From positions 57,193 through 121,192 of the forward strand of contig JBMFSH010000004.1 of NCBI GenBank assembly GCA_049967655.1: a stretch of 64,000 bases of DNA, read 5' to 3'. Position 1 is the stretch's first letter; every line of letters starts with the position of its first letter. This DNA comes from Acidobacteriota bacterium (GTDB lineage Bacteria; Acidobacteriota; UBA4820; DSQY01). Below the pieces are notes generated by a model that worked only from the letters and a program-made list of their open reading frames with translations, did no database searches and was not told the origin of the DNA. A program made the position numbers and the translations under genes. Shown here piece by piece: positions 59,650 to 64,000 of this stretch.

Positions 59650-60678
59650 ATGAAGATCTCGGTCATCGCCGAACAGGTCGGAGCCCGGGTGGAGGGCGAT
59701 CCCGAAATGGAACTCTTCGGGATCGCGCCCCTGGACTCCGCCACCGGCCGTGACCTCGCTTTTCTGGCCAATCCGAAGTACCGGGAGGCAGCCCGCGTCA
59801 GCGAAGCCGGAGCCATCCTCGTGTCCGAGGGCGAGAGCCTGCCCGGAAAGACGCTTCTCGTCTGTAAGGACCCTTACGTCGCCTTCGCCAGGGCCATTGG
59901 ACTCTTCTACAATCCCCGCGAGTTCAAGCCTGGCATCCACCCCACCGCCATCCTCGGGGAGCGGTGCGAGGTGGCCCCCGACGCCCATGTCGGACCCTAC
60001 GCGGTCCTCGGCGAGTCCACCAGGGTGGGCGCTGGAAGCGTCATCGAGGCGGGGTGCGTGCTGGGGGCCGGCTGCGAGATCGGAGAGCACTGCCGGCTCT
60101 TTCCGCGCGTGGTCCTGTACGATGGGACGGTCCTCGGCAACCGGGTGATCCTCCACGCCGGGGCGGTCATCGGCTCCGATGGGTTTGGCTACGCCCAGGA
60201 AGCCGGAAGGCACGTCAAGATTCCCCAGATCGGCCGGGCGGTGGTGGAGAGCGACGTGGAGATCGGCGCCAACACCACCGTGGACCGGGGAGCCATCGAA
60301 GAGACGCGCATCGGCGAGGGCACCAAGGTGGACAACCTGGTCCAGGTGGCCCACAACGTCCGCATCGGTCCCCGGTGCCTGCTGGTGGCCCAGGTGGGCA
60401 TCAGCGGGAGCACGGTCCTCGGGGAAGGCGTCATCTTCGCTGGACAGTCGGGCGCCGTCGGCCACATCCGGATCGGCGACGGGGCGAGGGTGGGAGCCAA
60501 ATCGGCCGTCACCAAGGACGTCCCCGACGGAGGATTCGTCACGGGCCATCCGGCGCAGGAGCACCGGCTCTGGCTCAGGGAACGGGCCCTCACCGGACGC
60601 CTGGAGGAGCTGTTCCGCCGACTCAAGCGCCTCGAGGAATCCCTCGCCGGGGCCCCCGCCAAGGAGAGTCCGCAATGA
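59650..60678 (+). CDS. lpxD: UDP-3-O-acyl-glucosamine N-acyltransferase
   Basis: [34 protein letters not shown]. Confidence 0.97.
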   Translation: MKISVIAEQVGARVEGDPEMELFGIAPLDSATGRDLAFLANPKYREAARVSEAGAILVSEGESLPGKTLLVCKDPYVAFARAIGLFYNPREFKPGIHPTAILGERCEVAPDAHVGPYAVLGESTRVGAGSVIEAGCVLGAGCEIGEHCRLFPRVVLYDGTVLGNRVILHAGAVIGSDGFGYAQEAGRHVKIPQIGRAVVESDVEIGANTTVDRGAIEETRIGEGTKVDNLVQVAHNVRIGPRCLLVAQVGISGSTVLGEGVIFAGQSGAVGHIRIGDGARVGAKSAVTKDVPDGGFVTGHPAQEHRLWLRERALTGRLEELFRRLKRLEESLAGAPAKESPQ

Positions 60679-61106
60679 TGGACGTGACGGAAATCCAGCA
60701 GATCCTGCCGCACCGGTACCCCTTTCTCCTCGTGGACCGGATCCTGGAGGTGGAGCCCGGCAAACGGATCGTGGGCCTCAAGAACGTCACCGTCAACGAA
60801 GAGTTCTTTCAGGGGCACTTCCCGGGGAAGCCCGTGATGCCGGGAGTCCTCATCATCGAGGCCATGGCCCAGGTGGGCGGGGTGCTGCTCCTGCGGGAGG
60901 TCCCGGACCGGGATCAGAAGCTGGTGTACTTCATGGGCATCGACGAGGCGCGCTTTCGTAAGCCGGTGGTTCCGGGCGATCAGATCCGCTTCGAGCTGGA
61001 GGTCCTCAAGCGCAAGGCCACCACCTGCAAGCTGCAGGGCAAGGCCTTCGTGGACGGGACCCTCGTGGCCGAGGCGGTCATCCTGTCCGCCATGGTGAAC
61101 CGCTGA
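60675..61106 (+). CDS. fabZ: 3-hydroxyacyl-ACP dehydratase
   Basis: [32 protein letters not shown]. Confidence 0.98.
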   Translation: MMDVTEIQQILPHRYPFLLVDRILEVEPGKRIVGLKNVTVNEEFFQGHFPGKPVMPGVLIIEAMAQVGGVLLLREVPDRDQKLVYFMGIDEARFRKPVVPGDQIRFELEVLKRKATTCKLQGKAFVDGTLVAEAVILSAMVNR

Positions 61107-61205
61107 GGCTTGAGGCAGGAGCGGGGGGCAAGGACCTGGCCCGAAGGCCCGGCCGCATCCCGGGACGACCGCGAGGCGCAATCACCTTCTGAACAGTGAC
61201 GAGGC

Positions 61206-61994
61206 ATGAGAATGACGACTATCCATCCTTCCGCCGTTGTGGACCCGGGCGCCAAGATCGGTGACGACTGCACCATAGGTCCCTTCACCTACATCGGGCC
61301 CGAGGTAGTGCTGGGAGCCCGCAACAGCATCGGCCCCAACTGCGTGCTGCACGGCCGCGTGACGCTCGGCGACGACAACCACCTCGTCTCCCACGTGGCC
61401 ATCGGAGGCCCTCCCCAGGACCTCAAGTACAAGGGCGAGCCCACCGAGGTGGTCATCGGCTCCCGTAACACCATCCGCGAGTTCGTGACGGTCAACCGGG
61501 GAACGCCGGGCGGCGGCGGGGTCGCGCGCCTAGGCAACGACATCCTGATGATGGCCTACAGCCACGTGGCGCACGACTGCGCCGTGGGGGACTTCGTGAT
61601 CTTCGCCAACGCGGGCACTCTGGCCGGCCACGTGCACGTCGGCCAGCACGCCACCGTGGGGGCCCTCTCCGCGATACACCAGTTCTGCGTGGTGGGGGAT
61701 TACGCCTTCATTGGAGGCGGCTCCATCATCACTCGCGACGTGCTCCCCTACATCAAGACCGTCGGGGCTCGGGGCGAGGGCAAGACTTTCGGGATCAATA
61801 CCATCGGCCTCCAGAGGAAGGGATTCAGCCCGGAGGCCATCGAGGCGCTCAAATCGGCCTACCGCATCCTCTTCCAATCCAAGATATTGTTCTCGGAGGC
61901 GGTGGGCGTGGCCGATGAGAAGCTCGGACACGTACCCGAGGTGGCCTACCTGCTCCGGTTCATTCGAGAATCCAAGCGCGGCATACAAAGGTAG
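61206..61994 (+). CDS. lpxA: Acyl-ACP--UDP-N-acetylglucosamine acyltransferase
   Basis: PQDLKYKGE, IREFVTVNRGT, HVAHDC, LAGHV, HQF. Confidence 0.97.
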   Translation: MRMTTIHPSAVVDPGAKIGDDCTIGPFTYIGPEVVLGARNSIGPNCVLHGRVTLGDDNHLVSHVAIGGPPQDLKYKGEPTEVVIGSRNTIREFVTVNRGTPGGGGVARLGNDILMMAYSHVAHDCAVGDFVIFANAGTLAGHVHVGQHATVGALSAIHQFCVVGDYAFIGGGSIITRDVLPYIKTVGARGEGKTFGINTIGLQRKGFSPEAIEALKSAYRILFQSKILFSEAVGVADEKLGHVPEVAYLLRFIRESKRGIQR

Positions 61995-62012
61995 AGCCGG
62001 GGAGGGACGAGC

Positions 62013-62945
62013 ATGAACACAAACAGGTCTCTCCGTCTGGCCGTGGTGGGAGTGGGCTCCCTCGGGCAGCACCACGCCAGGATCCTGTCGGACCTGGACG
62101 GCGCGGAGCTGGTCGGCGTCGTGGACGCCAACGGGGCCAGGGCGGAGGAGATCGCCCGCAAATTCGGCGCGAAGGCCTTCACGCGGCCCGAGGAGCTGCC
62201 GCCGGTGGACGGCGTGGTCGTGGCGGCTCCGACGAGCCTCCACCGGGCCCTGGCCGTGCCCTTTTTGGAACGGGGCGTGGGTGTGCTCTGCGAAAAGCCC
62301 ATGGCCACGACCCTTGAGGAGTGCGACGAGATCCTCGCCGCCAGGGATCGCGGCGGCGCGCCCCTTCTCGTGGGACACATCGAACACTTCAATCCTGGCG
62401 TGGCGGCGCTAACCCGAAACGTGGAGGCGCCTGGATTCCTGGAGGTGCACCGCCTGGGCGTCTTTTCGGGCCGCTCCCTGGACGTGGACGTCATCCTCGA
62501 CCTCATGATCCACGACATCGAGATCGCCCAGAGCCTGGTGAGGCGCCCCATACGCTCGGTGGAGGCCGTAGGGGTCCGGGTCCTCACCCCTTTCGTGGAC
62601 CTGGCTAACGCCCGCCTGACCTTCGAGGGAGGATGCGTGGCCAACCTCACCGCCAGCCGCATCTCCAGGGACAAAGTCCGAAAGCTGAGGGTCTTCCAGC
62701 ACGAGGCCTATCTGAGCGTGGACTACTCCGAGCAGGCCGTCGAGTTCTACCGCCTGGAAGAGCGCGACGGGCAGAGGGCCATCGTCCAGGTGCCGGTGGC
62801 CGTGGACAAGCGCGAGCCCCTCCGGTGCGAGCTGGAGCATTTTCTTCCAGTCCTCCGCCGCGAGAGCGGCCCCCTCGTGAGCGGCGAGGCCGCCCGCGAG
62901 GCGGTTTCGGTGGCTCGCTCCATTCTGGCGTGCATGTCTAGGTGA
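62013..62945 (+). CDS. Gfo/Idh/MocA oxidoreductase, GnnA-like (UDP-GlcNAc 3-dehydrogenase candidate)
   Basis: GVGSLGQHHAR, EKPM, DVILDLMIHD, ANLTASRIS; directly after lpxA. Confidence 0.85.
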   Translation: MNTNRSLRLAVVGVGSLGQHHARILSDLDGAELVGVVDANGARAEEIARKFGAKAFTRPEELPPVDGVVVAAPTSLHRALAVPFLERGVGVLCEKPMATTLEECDEILAARDRGGAPLLVGHIEHFNPGVAALTRNVEAPGFLEVHRLGVFSGRSLDVDVILDLMIHDIEIAQSLVRRPIRSVEAVGVRVLTPFVDLANARLTFEGGCVANLTASRISRDKVRKLRVFQHEAYLSVDYSEQAVEFYRLEERDGQRAIVQVPVAVDKREPLRCELEHFLPVLRRESGPLVSGEAAREAVSVARSILACMSR

Positions 62946-64000
62946 CGGCGCACCTGTTGTCCTCCTTCCTTTCGGAGCTTTCGCCGGCCCAGAGCCCCGG
63001 CTACGCTTGGAGTGTCAGCACCCCGGCCGGCCGCTTGGCGGGGGGCTTCGGCGGCTTCCGGATCGTGGAGCCGACGCGGGCGCCGGTGGAGGAGTCCACC
63101 CTTTTCGACCTGGCCTCCCTGACCAAACCGCTCGCCACGGCACTCATCGCGCTCCGCGCTTTCGATGCGGGCCAGTTGGACCTGGAGGCCCCCGTTGCCG
63201 CGGCGGGCCGCCCACACTTCACCCTGCTGGATCTCCTGAGGCACGAGGCCGGGTTTCCCGATTGGCTCCCCCTTTACGGGTGCGCTCCCTCCCCAGCCGC
63301 TCTCAAGCCATGGCTGCTGCGGGAATGTCCCAGGGAGGAACGGGCGGGATTGCGAGCGGTCTATAGCTGCGCCGGCTACGTCCTCCTGGGAATGCTGCTG
63401 GAGGAGGGCCTGGGGGCCCCGATGGAGCAACTTTTCGAGCGCTACGTCTCGATCCCCCTCGGCCTGCCCCCGCGGGAGGCCTGTTTCTCCCCCCCGGCGG
63501 CCTGGCGCGATCGATGCGCGGCGGAGGAGCTGGATGGGGGTTACGAAGCCCGGATGGCGCACCCCTTTGGTGCCACTCCTCCTCCCTTCCGCTCCGGCAT
63601 GGCCTGGGGGGAAGTCCACGACGGGAACGCCCGCTTCCTGGGCGGAGCGGCGGGCAACGCCGGCCTCTTTGGCACCCTCGCGGCGGTGGAGAGGCTATGC
63701 CGCGCCTTCAGCCCCCAGGACCGATTCCTCTCGCCCGAAGCCCTTCGTTTGGCCTGGGAGAGCCCCCGCAGCGAGGGCCGGCACAGAACGGCCGGTTGGA
63801 AGGCGGCGGGCTCCGAGGGCTGGTGGGCCAACGCCCTCCTCCCCGAAGGGGCGATCGGGCACGAGGGCTTCACCGGGACGGGGGCCTGGATGGAACCCGA
63901 GACCGCCAGAACTTATATCTTACTTACCAACCGGATTCATCCCCGGCACCCGGGGACGGACTTCGGAAGGGTGCGGGCCGCCTTCCTGAAGGCGGCCAAG
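62942..64000 (+). CDS. Beta-lactamase-related serine hydrolase (runs off window edge)
   Basis: Manual translation from GTG 62942: ...STLFDLASLTKPL (SxxK)...LLRHEAG...YSC...GHEGFTG...LTNRIHP; no stop in the window. Confidence 0.85.
   Translation, partial: MTAHLLSSFLSELSPAQSPGYAWSVSTPAGRLAGGFGGFRIVEPTRAPVEESTLFDLASLTKPLATALIALRAFDAGQLDLEAPVAAAGRPHFTLLDLLRHEAGFPDWLPLYGCAPSPAALKPWLLRECPREERAGLRAVYSCAGYVLLGMLLEEGLGAPMEQLFERYVSIPLGLPPREACFSPPAAWRDRCAAEELDGGYEARMAHPFGATPPPFRSGMAWGEVHDGNARFLGGAAGNAGLFGTLAAVERLCRAFSPQDRFLSPEALRLAWESPRSEGRHRTAGWKAAGSEGWWANALLPEGAIGHEGFTGTGAWMEPETARTYILLTNRIHPRHPGTDFGRVRAAFLKAAK

Noticed and set aside
62942..64000. Antibiotic-resistance beta-lactamase
   Set aside because: Has SxxK but YSC and GHEG motifs and no evident signal peptide, typical of the broader esterase/amidase family.

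Overview
High-GC bacterial core-genome window, most likely Acidobacteriota (inferred from the Cys-rich insertion in RpoB, the acidobacterial-type Hfq-like protein, Oar-type TonB receptors and the lysS-lolCD-clpC-bamA-skp-lpxD-fabZ-lpxA order). Minus strand, 1-39 kb: the tRNA(Thr,Tyr,Gly,Thr)-tuf-rpmG-tRNA(Trp)-secE-nusG-rplKAJL-rpoB-rpoC(partial) cluster, two tandem TonB-dependent receptor-like genes, ricT/PSP1-hfq-pdxA-serS, and a run SBP-hldC-mfd-2xPPIase-S4-dusB-guaA-dnaE-accA. Mostly plus strand, 39-64 kb: thpR-plsY-gpsA, rsgA, nfnAB/sudBA plus an FwdC/GltB-C-like protein, HIT, a sigma54 response regulator with HtrA, and the outer-membrane/lipid A biogenesis cluster. I found no CRISPR array, rRNA, integrase, transposase or prophage. 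The notable signals are small and mostly non-coding: (1) a ~250 bp element after tRNA-Trp that duplicates the tRNA 3' end and also carries an antisense copy of it; (2) a 5' fragment of a group IIC intron directly after a Rho-independent terminator; (3) blocks of 7-8 nt micro-repeats, often mirrored, in at least six intergenic spacers; (4) a 74-aa insertion and an extra four-Cys motif in RNAP beta-prime; (5) an orphan moaA radical-SAM fragment after nfnAB and the FwdC-like gene; (6) a consensus sigma54 promoter in front of an NtrC-HtrA pair. All calls come from reading the sequence; no database searches were run.
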